The notes under the pieces: model-generated
What the model saw: only the letters and a program-made list of their open reading frames with translations
What the model was told of the DNA's origin: nothing
Database searches by the model: none
Position numbers and translations under genes: made by a program
Shown: positions 1 through 15,000 of the stretch, piece by piece
How the letters are laid out: each line of letters begins with the position of its first letter
Position numbering within the stretch: position 1 is the first letter of the stretch
NCBI GenBank assembly: GCA_965202585.1
Contig: OZ241828.1
Location: 42,842,001 to 42,906,000 of the forward strand
Source: Thalia democratica
Lineage: Eukaryota
Direction of reading: 5' to 3'
Length of the DNA: 64,000 nt

Positions 1-200
1 TTGATCCATTTCAAGTATAAGTTCAGTAGCCCTACTAGCAAGTTACATAAAAAAAAATTGTTAAACTTTTATTTACTCTTTGAACAAGTAGTTGAAGCAT
101 AGTTTTAAATTTTCACTATTTGTGATTAATAGTCAATTTTTACATTAAACGTATATATAATTTTTTTCTTTTAATTAAACTATTTTTTCTACCTTTATAG

Positions 201-3200
201 TTTTCTGTCATAAAACTATGTATTGAAACTGACGAGTGCAATTACTTCATTGAAAAGATCGAAAGAGTTGTTGACGTGGCTCCTCTTGGTAAAACACTGA
301 CCAGTGAAGATGAGCAAAGAGATATAAAGTTGTGGTATGTATTGTAACTAATTTTTTAAGTTTCACAAATGCATTTCAACTAAAATAACAATGTTAAAAT
401 TTTTGTCATAATATGCTTAATTCAACGGATTATTTCAACTCAAAATATAAATTTAGTGTTTAAACACTCTATATACCTTTGATGTTTGTTCATTACGTAT
501 TTTTATGTTCTAGCTAATGTTTAAATAAAACTAGTTAGTATATCTGCTTTATTTATTTTCAAATTAATCTAGTTCGTTATAGAATATATAATATATTATA
601 CCAAGCTTAACTGATTTAAAAATAAGATATTCCATTAAAATTACAAAAAAAAAGTTAATGTGTCATACAAAGAAAAAATCAAAACAACTATAAATATTTT
701 CTTTTAATTGTCCAATAAGGACAAAGTGTTCCACGATACTAGTTGAAATTTTACCTTAAAGTTTTTATTTAAAACTAAGTAATTTTACAAAAAAGTTTGT
801 AAATCACGTAAAAGGGAATAAGCAGCCTATTATGAGAATTTTTATGAAAAAAGTCTCTTTCGAACTATGTTATTTTCGAGTATCATAACTTGGTAATTAA
901 AAATAATTTATAAACTGTTGAGTTATGTATACATAAAAAAAAGATTTCACAGTTTTTCACAAGTAAAAAAGGGTTAACTTATATACTTATGTTATAAAAA
1001 AGCTTGCAGTTGGCTTTTCTACGTGAGTTGTAATTAGCTAAAAAGAACGTTGTGATCTAGATTTTGGCTTGTAATTTTATTTAGTTCGCGGGCTGTAATT
1101 AACCGAGCTATACATGACAGGATGGCAGGGTTGCCAAAAAACTTAGAATCCTGGAAAAACCTGTAATTTGACAATTAAAACAAAAATAACCTGGAATTTT
1201 GAACAAAAATTACTAAAAAACTTGGAAAAAGCTGAAATTTAAAACATTTTTTACATGAAAAAATAATGAAATTTTTATTTGGTTCAAAAAATCTATCATA
1301 TACAGTAAATTTATTTGTATCAATTATTTTCTTTTATTTATAAAATACTTGATAATGTATTTGATTATAAAGTAGCATTGCAGTATATTTTAATATTTTT
1401 TTACTACTTAAGACAGTTTTTTTACCTTAAATTTAACGTCAAAAGAAAACTCTACATTCAAAAACTGGATGAAATTTCTGAAAAACCTTAGGCAACCCTG
1501 AGATAGGTTTAATTACATTTCTTATAACATGTGTAATTTACAGTGGATTTTTTGTAATAAATTTTATGTGATTTATTATATTTAAAACACAATGCTTTTC
1601 CCAATTATTTGGGTCCAGATATCAGCAAAAAAGGCCGAATCCAATATATCACCAGTATAAACTAAACAACAAAATATTTGACTATTCTATAGAAACTTAT
1701 TTAAGCTGTCAAATTTATTTTGATTGGTCCTAAACTTTTGATTAAAAACGTAAGTATTAAAACAAATTTATTTATTAGTTTGGAACTTATGTTATTAATT
1801 CTAGACTAGTAAAATATTCATCCTAAACATAAGTTAATTTTTTGTGTCTGTTTAGAACTTGTCTGATTTAAGGTAGTGAGTAAGACTTGGAGAAATGGTT
1901 AATTTTTCTTATGGTTCAATTTATGTTCTATCTGAATAAGCTTTTTTATTTAAAAACCTGTTCTGCGGTGAAATCAGTAACTAGTAAATCATTTGTAATT
2001 TGATAGAATTTATAATTAATGTTTAAATAATATGAGTTTAAGGGGTATCCTAAAGGTGGGTAGGTGTCAAATATGCACTAAGGGTCACTTTTTCACGAAG
2101 AAATTTTTGCACGGCGTCAATTTTGCACGGATTGAAATTTTTTTAAAATAATTATAATCATTTATTTATTTTAGTTTTTTATTTTTACTATCACTGTTAC
2201 CCCTAACCCTTAACTTCGGACGGTAACTTTTTTTGTAATACTAATAATTTTTTTTTTTTTTGCTTTCTTTTCTTATCATTATATATTTGTTTTTACTCTT
2301 CGTGCAAAAGTGTCTTCGTGCGAAAGTACTTCCGTGCAAAAGTGTCCCTTTATGCATATTTGACCTTTTGTGCATATTTTACCTGCTACCCCTTTAGGTA
2401 CCTAAAAGCTTCAATTGAAAAATCAAAATACAACCAAAAGTTTGAATGTTTAAAGAATAAATAAATTTTTTTTCATAACTTAATACAAAATATTTTTAAA
2501 TTTTTCAGGACAAACTTGAACTTAGTTAAGTGCCTGTTGGAACTTTCTGAAAAGGACCAACTTCGCTCAGAAGTAGCTGAAAAATTCAGTTTGCCTATGA
2601 AAAAGTGTCCGGATATATTTGTAATGGCTCTTCTCCAGGTTATTAAAATATTTTAATTTAACTTTTCATTGTTTTTGGTATTCAAGTATTAGTGTAAATT
2701 TAAAGAAGAATAATGTTTACTTATTTTGGCATCGTTATTTACAAAAATATATACTTACTACAAAGTTTTTTTATAAATAAAAACATGAATTACAGTCAAC
2801 TGAATCCTGGCCCACATTGAAATCGGATTGCGTTTTAAAATTATTACAAGCGTGCATATCGGAAGCTAACAAAGCAGCAAAAATTTGTACTGCAGTATGG
2901 AACTCTAAGGTAATAAAAATATTGGTATTACTACTTACTCTTAATAATAATTTTTTAAGACCTCAAAGTCTTTTTTTGAATTTCTCTTAAAAATAATTAA
3001 AACACATTTAGTCTTTATTATCTAACTTTTGTAGTATGGTTTATTTAAAATTTGTAAAAATTGAAATTAACCAATTAAATAAACTTAATAAGTTTTTCTA
3101 CATAACATAATACTATAAACAAAATATTTTGAATAATTTTTTTAATTTACAAATTCGTACAGTTAATTTTGAATAGATTTGAACAAATAAATGTAAGGTA

Positions 3201-6200
3201 TTACTAGCTAAAAATAAGTAAAAAACCAACAAAACAAAAAGTATATAAAAACTACATATTGTTTTGTTTGGTTTTATTTTACTTACTTTTAGCTGATGTT
3301 ACCTTCCGTTTATTTATTCAAATCTATTAAACAATTGATGACCTCTTATAATTTGATATAAGAGTGAAATACTGTTTTCTTTATAATAATCTGTAAGACA
3401 AAAAAATAATTTGTCTCCTTGAAGATTCTTAAGTTAAGAACTTTAATAATTTGAAACAAATTACAACATCAAGTAGAATTTTATAGATAAGTTTAAAGAA
3501 TAAACAAAACAGACTTAAAAAACAAAGCAAACAATCTTAAAAAAAAGAAGTCTTATTTTTTTTTGTTTTTTACATCAAAGCCTAAACTTAAAAATGGAAA
3601 ATAATTAAAATTGAATTTATTACTATTGTAGAAAATAACATATAAAACAAAATGTTAAGTATGTAAAACCTAAGACATAAAGACACTAAAGTTATTACCA
3701 AATTTACCCCTTTTTTAAATGGTAATTACCAAATTTACCCACAGTATTCTATAATGTGTTTAATTTTAAAGAAGAAAAACAGTACTTTTTGAACTTAAAG
3801 CTTATTAAATATAAAAAATCGTAAAATTTCATAAGTTATTTAAATCTAAAAATTACAGTTAAAAACTAACTTATGAATTAAAAAGACATCTAATAAACAT
3901 TTATTAATATAACTTGTTATAAAGAAAGTTTACCCATAAAACAGGGGAATTTACCCCAGGTTAAGAATCGCTGGTTTAGAGCATAGGGGGGAGTCCAGCA
4001 TTTTTTTACTAAAGTTAATATTTGCTCTTAAACGAAAGTTTAAAGTACAAACTAGTAATTATATTTTATGTAATAATAAAGTTCAATAAAACTTTGAGAT
4101 GAAGTATTTTGTAATATTAAAATATATAATAACTTAAATCAGGGTTCGTGCGCGTCAGGCTAAATCAGGCTAAGTCAGGCTAAATCAGTTTTTTTGAAAA
4201 AAGTTGAAAAACGTTAGGCTAAATCAGTTATTTTATTTAAAAATTTGAGGCTCTCAGTTTTTCTCAGTTCAAATGCTTGAAAATTAAAAAAAAAATTGAG
4301 AAACCCTTTTAAGACCAAATTGATACGTGAATTTATTTCCAAATAAAAAATTAGTTATCAAAGAAAAAAACAGTCAGTATTTGTAAAAATAAATGCTGAA
4401 AACCTTTTGTAGAATCATTTAAAAAAAATTAAAAATCTTCATTGTTTTGTTTTGAGTAGATTATATATGTCATAATTATGAAAAATCATGAAAGAAATAT
4501 AGTTTAAACATTGCAGTTTAGTTCAACAACTTAGCTGTTTGTTTGAATTTGTTGACACCAGCTATGTTTTTCAGAGCTTAGTTGGTTGAACTGTTTTAAT
4601 TTCTAATTTAGAGGCTTTATACCAAATACTTTTTAGATTAAATCTCTTAGCAGTTTATTCATATGTTTTACTGTTTGCTTAAATTTATTAGAGATATTTA
4701 CAATACTAAAACTTGGCTTTAAGATATAAGTAATAAGTTTTGTGGGAGTACAAATTTTAGATACAATTAGTTTTTCTTCACAAAACAAAATGTTAAAGAT
4801 TTTTTATTCTATTTAAATCTGATACGACATCAACAATCACTGTATTTACTTAAAGTTTAGGATTTATAATTATGTATTAATTTTAAGTATTAGTCAAAAT
4901 ACTATAATAAACATATTTTACTTATTTTTTTAATCGTGTAAGCGTTTAATTTTAAATTCTAATAAAACACGACACGTCGTTTTATCAGGGTTGCAACTTT
5001 ACCTGGAAGCCTGGAAAAACATGTAATTTGGGAGATTTCGAAAAATTCTGGAATTTTGAACAAAAATCACTAGTAGTTCACTATAGTAGTTCACTAGTAG
5101 TTCAACGTTCACTAGTAAAATTTCGATTTGACACAAAAATTATATCATATAAATAAATAAAATTTTTCATCATCAAATTTTTTTATTATTAAAAAACATA
5201 TTTAAAGAAGCTTTACAGTATCTTTTCAATGTTTTTTTAATATTTAACACAGTTTCTTACCCTAAACTTAACTTTAAACTAAAAATAGACCCAAAAATGT
5301 GTACTTTCAAAAACATAGAAGAAATTTGGAAAACCTGGAAAAAATTTTGAAAAAACGAGTGGCAACCCTGTTTTATTATAAATCTACTGGTTATAATGTT
5401 TTTACTTAGTGCTTAATTAAATTGAACAATTACGTTAAGTAATATATATTAAATTTTTACACTAGTAATAGATTAGATATAACACTTATTTTAAAACTTA
5501 TCACTGAATTTGTTATGTTAAGGGCATAAGGGAGGTCAATCACCTTTTTCACAATTAAGTCTTATTTTATTGAGTTGTAACTAAGCTATGAGTTGCTTTC
5601 TGCAGATTTTAAAAGCTTGAAATATTTTTTAAAGATAAAGCTGGTTGAAGTCAGAGACTAAAATAGTACTAATCAAGTACCCCCAATACCTAAAACGACT
5701 TCTAAAGAGGATTTTCCTTACTTTGAAAAAATGTCAGGCTAAATTGGTCTCAGTCAGGCTAAATGAAAAAAAATTCGCGCACGAACCCTGTTAAATATAA
5801 CCTAGATATCTTAAATTTTCTACATTAACTTTAAATAATCACAAAACCTATATAACTATATAATTAAACAATAATTAATAGCAAACGAACTTGAAAATAA
5901 TTATCTTTGTTACCAAAAAATGATAAAAAGTCGATTGTTAAAAAAAAAAGGAAAATAAATTTGTTCAAAAAATTAACTGAGAAAGTTAAGAACGATTGCT
6001 CAAGAAATGTAATAAACAGATTTTTAGTGAAATAGTTTTTCTAACCTTTTTAGTTTAAACCTACAATAAGGAACATATGAATTTCTTAAACTTCAATCAC
6101 AAGTTACTTAAAGAATATTATATTAGCGAAAATAAACTGATAGCTTAGTTTTTGATAAAAAATAAGACTTAAAATCTTTTACCCCCTTAATTATAAAAAG

Positions 6201-9016
6201 TATAGGTGTGTTAGTATTTCGAGTTAAAATTGCAAATAAAAAAAAAGAAGAAAAAAACTAGTTTATTTTATAATTTTGATAGACTACACCTGATAGAGAG
6301 GGTCATGCTAAAAAGCTGGTAACAAGGTGTATGGCTGAGTGGTTTACTCTATGTCAGAATAAATACGATGTTCTCGCACTTGCCCAGGAAACAAATGTAA
6401 GTTTTATTTTTTTTTATTAACGACTAAATAAATAACTAAAAACTAGATTAAATGCTTAATATTTCTAGGCACTTCTGAGTCTTTTGGATGAACGTCCCCT
6501 TGGTATGGTAATAAAACTTGCTGTGTTGGCATTTAATAAACAATTTCTTGCTCTTGATTTGTGGATAAGCAAGAAAGTCGAAGAAAATGGTGCAGAATTT
6601 GTAGATGCTTGTGTGTACTTTTTAAAAGACCGCCTTCCTGAAATGACAAATTCTTTTAGTAAGTAATTTTTCATTTATTAATTTCCTAGAGTTCTTGAAT
6701 AATCAGTAATAGAGCTGAAATACCAAAAAAATAAAAGAGTAAATAAGTTAATGCTGCAAAGTACCATAGTATATAATATTCTTAAGTAGTATATTTCGAA
6801 GTTTTAAGAATCATGTTGAACTGTTTATAGTTAATTTTTTTTTTACTTTCTTTAAACTATTTATTATAACTTAATTAAAATTAAACAAGTTGGTTTTTAT
6901 TTGCATTTAACATATTAAGATAAAGTTATTTGTAAGTGAGTAAATTAATTAATTTTTTCAATTTGTAACTAACAATAAGAAATTTTATTATCTCTTTTTT
7001 TATTAAGCAAGCAATTTGGCATACTCAGGAATTGATAAAATATAAATGTTATAAAAAACCACAACAATAATTAAGTGAAGAACGTTAAACAGTTTCATTC
7101 TATTTAAATGCTTTTAATGTTCAGGGCTGCCACAAGGTCAAGAAAGTCAGGATGAGCAAAAAAAATGACAAAAGTCAGGAAAAAATTGGTGTTTTTGAAA
7201 AAAAGTCAGGAAGTTTGACAAAATTTGAAAAAACGTCAGATATTATCATTTCAAATTTACTAAATTCCTTATTTTTTAAAACCTTCAAATGGTTAAGAAT
7301 TAAATATAAATCTTTTAAAGTCAGGCTAAAATTGCAAAATTTTCTTAGAAATTTTAAAAATTAATTGGTTTCCAATGCCTTCATCTGGTAAAAAAAGTTA
7401 AATTTCTTTTATAAAACTGTAAATTTTCATTTATTAACATATTGAACAACTACCCTACTTAAACAAGCAGCTTTTGTATGCTTTTAATATTGATGATCTG
7501 TGGCAAGGACACTTCCATAGTGAAACTGTGATATATACACATAAGTTTATCTTGCAGAATTTTAGAATCAAAGTGTTTTTTATTTAAGTAAATAACTAAG
7601 TTCTTTATAATTGAGAACTAAATTTAGTTAATTATGTAACAAGTTAATGTGTATACTTGCCTCTATAATTTTTTCAAAGTTGTTTAAATTTGACAAATAA
7701 ATTATGTTTCCTCGTTTGTAACTTTTTGTAGAATAACTTTAGTTTTTTAGATATATAAGAGTAGATCTATTTGTTACAAAACTTATACTAAATGATAAAT
7801 TGAATATTTTATATAGTTTACTATTTTACGTATTTTTTTATTTGTTTTTGTATATTGAATGCTTAAGGTAGTATTTTATTAAACTAAGTGAACAGTTAAT
7901 ATAAGTAATACATGTTTTTAATGAATATTTAATATTATTATAAATTTTTACCTTTTAGGTTGTTTTACAACTTATTAATGCTAAGTCTGATTATAATTTG
8001 CTGATAGAGTTGTTTATTGCAAATACATCAATCATACACAAATGGTTCAAGTGATGTAATAGAACTAAAATTGGACTCAGCAGAAAAACTGTTGTTTTAA
8101 CCTGTATAAAAATAAGATTGAAAGCTTTATATATTTTTAAGTGTTAGATTATGTATTTTAGAATAAGTTAAATTAAGAGTTTATTAGAGAGTCAGGAAAA
8201 TTCTAGTAAAAAGCCAGGAAAAGTCAGGAATTTTTTTAACTTGATCTGTGGCAACTGTGAATGTTAATGTTAGTATTATTTTTGGTGTGAGTTTGTAATA
8301 TAAATTGTCGTGTGTCGGTTTACGACTTGCGCTCTACGTATGATTCAAGATTAAGCTAATAGTATTTTACACATAGTAAAAATATAGCTTGTTCATCCAT
8401 TCTTAACTTATTGTTTGCTATGACTTAAATACTGTTTAACAATAAAATGCAAGTCAACTTATTGTAAGTACATAATGGTTAAGCATTCGGTAGCAGATAA
8501 TACGAGTTAGTACACAGTATATACAACATACATTAAAAAAATTAAATAAAACACACAATATAAATTATTGGTATTTATCAATCAAAATAACCCATTTGCT
8601 TAATCTAAAACGTACTTACCTAACAACTAGAAACTTTAAGAGAACAGAGATTTAACACAATCTTTGACTTTTGGTAAAACAGTAAGTACTGTAAAAACAG
8701 CAATGATAACATGTTTACTGTTGTTTAAACTGAAGTTTTATTAAACATTGTTTATCAAAACTTAATTAAAAAAATAATCTTTTAAAGTTTCAGAACCTAT
8801 ATTAATTGTAGATATAATGAAATTTTAAATGATGTATGTATTCTGATTATTACTTGTTAAAAAATTGATGCAATACATATGTAAAAACTTACGTAGTAAA
8901 AATATTTTTTTTAAATATTATGCACATTCTAAATCAGGTTCCATACCAGATGCTGATGTGCCGTCTGAAATTGATACAATTTTAAAAGTCTTGCATACGT
9001 CCTTGGCTTCAAACTC
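201..9016 (+). CDS. CNOT1: CNOT1 exons 1-6 (numbered within the window): N-terminal HEAT-repeat region
   Basis: [15 protein letters not shown]...[18 protein letters not shown] and CMAEWF...[27 protein letters not shown] align with the remembered human WKSLDLIESLLRL...FSFPIKHCPDMLVLALLQ and [28 protein letters not shown]. Confidence 0.85.
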
Positions 9017-12000
9017 GTAAGTTAAATTTTAATATTTAATCAATATTTTTTGCTCAATACTTAGTTTTATAGATAGTAATAATGTTAATGCTCCTGAGAT
9101 AAAAATACATAAGATTGAAAAATGAAGTTAAAAGTCTTGAGAGCAACAATTAAAAGGCTAAACATTCAAGTTATAGTTGTATTGAGGTTGAATCTTTATG
9201 TGAAAGAAGTAAAAAGAATGATAAAAAAACTATTAGATAGTTAATGAAAAAAAGTTAATGAGTTGCTTTAAGACAAAAGTTCAAGATATTTAAATAAATA
9301 CTAAGAAAATGTAACACCTTATAGCAGTGCTTCTGAACCTTTTTCTAGTGGCGGAACCCTTTTCCAAAGTTTAACTTTTCCGCGGAACCCCTAATTTAAT
9401 TTTACATAAAATGTAAAATATAATATTTCCTGCAAAAACAAAAGAATTTCAGTGAAAAACGAGTTTTTTAGCAAAATACTATATCATTGTTAGAAATCAT
9501 ACCAATTGTAATAGTATTAAGCCGATTCAAACTCAAAGTGCGCCAGAGGCAATAGGTATTTTATGATTGTATAATAAATAAACGAAAACAAACATGATTA
9601 ATCGCAACGTCATAAAAATATTTCCTTGCATAATAAAAACAAAATGAGAGCTACAATAAATAACTAAATGAACATGAGCCTATTCAAGTTCACAGATTAC
9701 CGTAATAAACGGGTAAGATGCCTAACGAAAAATAAATAAAAAACATTTAGTGCGAAACTTGAACTTGTCTTTTTGCAGCAAGCATGTCAATGCGCGGCTG
9801 GATTTTAGATAGACTGAGATGGAGACAGGCAGATAAGGTTGGAGACTGCATACAGTTCCTTTGCTTCGTTTTAATGTTTGTTACATGCGAAAAGCCGGAC
9901 TTGCAAAGATGAATGATAAAAGAAATTTTACTGCACGCTTTGCTAAGAAGGGGTACTCTGAAATTGCACATATCCAAAAATCTAAAAGCTCCTTCCCTTT
10001 GAAACTCAATTTTAAATTTCTTTCTTCAGATAGTTGCAGCAATTCGTTTTCTGTATCTGTAGGAAGATACACTTCTTCTGAAGCAATATCACACATATTT
10101 AAAATCCATAAATTTCCGATGCGAACATCTTCAGGAAAATAATGTTGAAACTTTAAAGACAAAAGATCAAGATTGTTGTATATTTCGTCAGAGAAGTTAA
10201 ATTCTATGCATTTTTCATGGGCCTCATCAAACCGATGAAACATCGCAAAATTACCATTGCTAACCTTTTTCTTCCAAAAATTAATTCTATTTTTTAACGC
10301 CTCAATCTTGTCTGTCATAAAAAAAATAGAATTTTGCTTCCCTTGCATGCTTAAGTTCAAAGCGTTCAATTCTTCGAAAATATCGGTGAGATAAGCTAGC
10401 CTGGCCAAAAAAACATCATCTTCAAAGAACTTCACTAATTCTGAGCCTTCATCTTTAAGAAAGGTGAAAACCTGCTTCTTTAATTCAACGAGACAAACCA
10501 GTGTCCGCTCCTTCGACAGCCAGCGAACTTCGTTGTGATAAAGAAGTCGCAGATGGTCAGCATCTAACTTTCACATAGGTCTTTGAGACATCTGGCCTTT
10601 GTGTCCTTTTCTTTATAAAATAAACAGTTTTAATCGACGCTGAGAGAACTTTTTGTAAACAAGAAGGAAGATGATTTGTTGCCAAATTTTCTCTATGTAA
10701 AAAACAATGTATTTATTTAGCTTCAACTGCTTTATCATTCATTTTCCTCACTACATCATTTTTGGACCCAGTCATAGACGCTGCACCGTCAGTACAAATA
10801 CCGACACATTTATTCCACTCTAAACCCTTGCTGATGAAATAATTTTCGACACTTTTCATAACTTCAACAGATATAAATATATATATATACAATATAAATG
10901 AATATCAAAAAAAATATCATTGAGTTATAATAATTAAACAGAAAAAGCAATTACTTAAATAACAAACTTTAAAACTTTGCTAACACACAGACATTTAAAC
11001 ATTTTTATCATGTAAATCTTAAAAATTATTTCAAACTCAATTTCTGTTAAAATTTTAAATACCTGGCCACAACTTTTAAAAATTAGAGTATCATTTTTTA
11101 TCATGTAAGTTTAAAAAACTATTTAAAATTCAATTTCTGTTAAAAATTTTATAGACCTAGCCAGATTTTTTGAAAATTATAGTAGCATTTTTTAAGTAAA
11201 AAATAAGCTTTTATACATACTAAATTTTAAATCAAGCTAATAGACATCTTTTTAAACATATTTAGAGTATTTGAAACAATATAATATACCAGAAATAAGT
11301 TTCTAATAAAGATGTTTTATATAGTTTTATTGTGTAAACATCTAGAATTTGTTATGATTGCTCCTACCTTGTTTGCTTAAGTGATAATACAAGCATTTTC
11401 ATGACTTCACTAAAAATAGAAATTCAAAAAATTTGGGCAACCAGGACTGCTATTAATAATGAATACCCATTAAAAGTCCTACTGCTAGATACACACTAAG
11501 CAGATCAATGAATGCTATAATTATATATGTTTTCCATTTTATGTGCTCCATTTTTTTTGAAATTTTATGATTTATGTTTTTTTTCTTTCAAATTTCTTTT
11601 TTAAATTTCGAAAGGCTTCGCGGAACCCCTGAGAGGCGTCGCGGAACCCTAGGGTTCCGCGGAACCCCATTTCAGAAGCACTGCCTTATAGTATTGTAAA
11701 TTTGGCCTACTTAAAAGGCCACTGAACTGCAAGGTATACTTATTTGTAACAAAATACGTAGTACTAAAATAAATTCAACTGTACTTTGTTAACAGTGGTT
11801 AATTTTTTTAGGCGAGTTAAAGAGTTATTAAGTGAAGAGGTAAAAAGTTATATTCAAAAAGTTTGCAATGTTTACCTAAAACCAGTAAGACCAGCAACCG
11901 CTCCAACAATAACAGCTCCATCTCCTAAAGTTACCCCTACACCTAAGCGTCTGCAACCAGGTAATATTCAACCAATCAATGCTTCGTTTAAACCTGAAAT

Positions 12001-15000
12001 TAAAGTGCCTAAAAAGACGATACAGCACAATCCATCTCAGCAGTTAGCAGATGCATCTAAATGCAATTCAAAACCAAATGAAGCTTTAATGACAGTAAGA
12101 CCGTCTAATCCAAAACAAATAATAACGAACCCCAATCAACCTCCCATCGGCCCTCCTCTACGATTTCAGCCTAGTTTACCACACAGGTATATTGGCGAGC
12201 CGGCACTACCAACTGTGTCGTCTGATTATAGGAATCCACGATTGAATCCATTGAATCAACATTTACCAATGAACAAAAAGATCGATTTTCAAGATTTAGG
12301 CAGTTCACTTTAACCAAGAGAGATTCCTCATCCTCTTACAGGTATAAAATATTTCTAAACTTAATATGTTATATTTTTATTATGTTAAATTTTTTTTCTA
12401 AGTTTATTCAAAATAATTTAAAAAGTTTTTTTTATACAAAAAAAGTTTTGTAGTTATGATGTTTGTAGAGACATATTTCGCATAAATTTTTTACCGAACT
12501 AAGTAAAGTTACTTTTTAACTCCAAAAATATATTTAGTATCATAGAACAATTGTAAAGAATTATTTTCTTCTAAACGATAATATGTAAGGTTTTTTAAAA
12601 TTATTTTCTAAATTTTAAAATGCACATATTAATACTTAGACAACTAATGGTAATTTTAAAAATTGAAAAGATTACTTAAATTAAAGTTTTAATTGGAAAA
12701 TATGATGAGTAAAAGTTTGAAAATGATATGATATGTAGATATAAAGTTAAAGCTTGGATTTAAATTATAAAGGCAGTAAAAATAGTGTAATTCAATATCA
12801 ATAAGTTTCTAAAAAATGTAATCTAATAATTTTGTTTGAAATAGTGCAGGTGTTGAAATAATTATAGTACAGTCATAACACTTGTATTAATCTAGGGTAA
12901 TTCACCTTCCTCTTGAGTTAACACTTCACGTTGAATTAGCATTTTTTATCCGATATGTTGTATTAAAGTGTAAGTTTGAAATAGTTAAATCAACTTAGAA
13001 AATTACAAAACAAAAAAAAAATCTTAAATACAGGTAAAAATGTTATAAAGCCTAAAAAAAGTTGATGTTAACAAAAAACAGTGCAGTTAACATCTAAAAT
13101 CTCATGTTTAAGACAAATTAAATTGTATAAAATCTTTTCTATAGTTTATACTAAAAAAACAGTCCGTGTGATTTACATTAGCCTCATTTTATATATATTA
13201 ATAACATATTTAGTTTTAAACATATTGAAATAAGCCATTTAAAAAAAAGTATTTCTTGAGTTTGTGATACCATTTTGTTCAAACTTTTTTGTTTCGTTCG
13301 AAGTGCGAACTCAAAAAGGAAGGTGACCGTACTGTACATAAGTGTTCAAAAAATATTTGTTTTTGAAAAAAAAAAATTTCTATGTTATAAAAACCTTAAC
13401 CTAATAAAATTTTGAACAAAAGTTTAATTGTATATGTTTTAATTTTTTTATATAGACCTTTATGAATTTTCATCACCGATCTGAAATAAATCAGAACAAT
13501 AAGTATAGGGAATAAAGACAACAAGAAAAACTCAATATTTTTTACTTTGGATTATTTTCCACAACATAACTTTTTGAAACCTTGTAACTAAAATTATTCT
13601 TAAATAGTACAATAAAGTTATAAGTTAAAAAAAATACTAAACCATTGTTTTCAATTTTTATTGCTAAAAATTTGTAATAAAGTTTATGTGTATACAAATT
13701 GGTACAACGTTAATTTTCAGACATGATTTCACCATTAGGTGTTGCACCTATTAAGTCAAAGGATCTTTCTAACATTATTGGTTATCCTGAAAACTTATCG
13801 TCAGGTAAGATTTTTGAATATTTAAAAACTGATTTACAAAACAATAATTATATTATTAAGGGTTGACTCACATTCAGGTTAGCTATGGTTTAAATTTTGA
13901 GAAACTCAAGGCTGTATTTTGTTAAAACTTACTTCAGCTGAGTTGATAAGACTTAAATTAGTTTATATATTTCTACTTAAGTTCTATCATATATTAAAAA
14001 AAATATATAGTGATGCTTTCTATATTTAATTAAAGTAATCGCCTTGTGGCTAGCTTTATTTCAATAAACATTTAAATTGATTATTTGAGGGCTGAAATTA
14101 AGCTTTAAAAGTTTTAAAAAACAACTTAATCCTTGGCTTAAAATTCTACAAATTAAAATCAAGTTGTAACAAAAGTGATTCACCCCAATGCTTTAAAACT
14201 AGTTTTTGTGACTCAAAATGCAGCAGCCCCGATCGTTGTATACATCGTTGATTTATATAACCCTCTAAGTTTGTCATGTGTATTTTGTTAAAAACCGACT
14301 GATGATCTGGTATACTAATAAAAACCAGCAAAAGATAGTTTCAGATAGATTTTGTTTTTTTATTTTAGTATATAATCTTATACTTAACAAATTAAGTGTT
14401 TTTCATATGCTGCATTGTTTTTGTATCAAGAAATATGGTAACATTAGTGATTTACTGATAATTTAAATGATAAACAGTCTGTTTGGAACCAATCTAGGGT
14501 AACTCATGCTGTTTTGAAAGTTTCATGGTTGACACACACTTATATACTCATAATAACTCAAGCTAGATTGTGTTTTTAAAAAACTCTGACCAAGTCTGGC
14601 TATTTCGATTTATTTTTAAAGCTCTGCTAGTTGGATAAGTTTCGTTAAATCTTGAGTATTTACTAGGCTTTAATTTGTTTTCTAATAATTGTCTTGTTGT
14701 TTTATTTAGGTAAATAGTTATTTGAGCTTGATAACAGAAACTTTTTTCTATTTTTGCAACATATATCTTCTATTTTTTCATAAGCTTAAGTTGACTCCGC
14801 TATTTTGATGTAACTCAAACTTTTTTGTCATAAAGAGTGGCAACTCTCAGTTTTCAAAAACTCCGGCTTTAATGAAGTTTTTTTTTGCAAAACTCTGACT
14901 AGTTATATATTTTCCTTAAATCTGAGGCTAGTTTTATGACTTAGAAAAAAAAAATTTCTTAATGTTTTATTTTTATCCTTTCAAGACATTAAATTATTTT

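Noticed and set aside
6465-6674. Minus-strand ORFs overlapping CNOT1 exons (also 20316-20528, 29946-30146, 32158-32409)
   Set aside because: These are antisense shadows of real exons, with no recognisable products.
7152-7364. ORFs inside MITEs (also 17104-17373, 43575-43769, 48148-48330, 48193-48393)
   Set aside because: They arise from Lys/Phe-rich subterminal repeats of non-autonomous elements.
12311-12313. TAA-to-Gln genetic-code reassignment
   Set aside because: All other traced exons are free of in-frame TAA/TAG, Gln is encoded by CAA/CAG throughout, and the gene itself ends in TAA.
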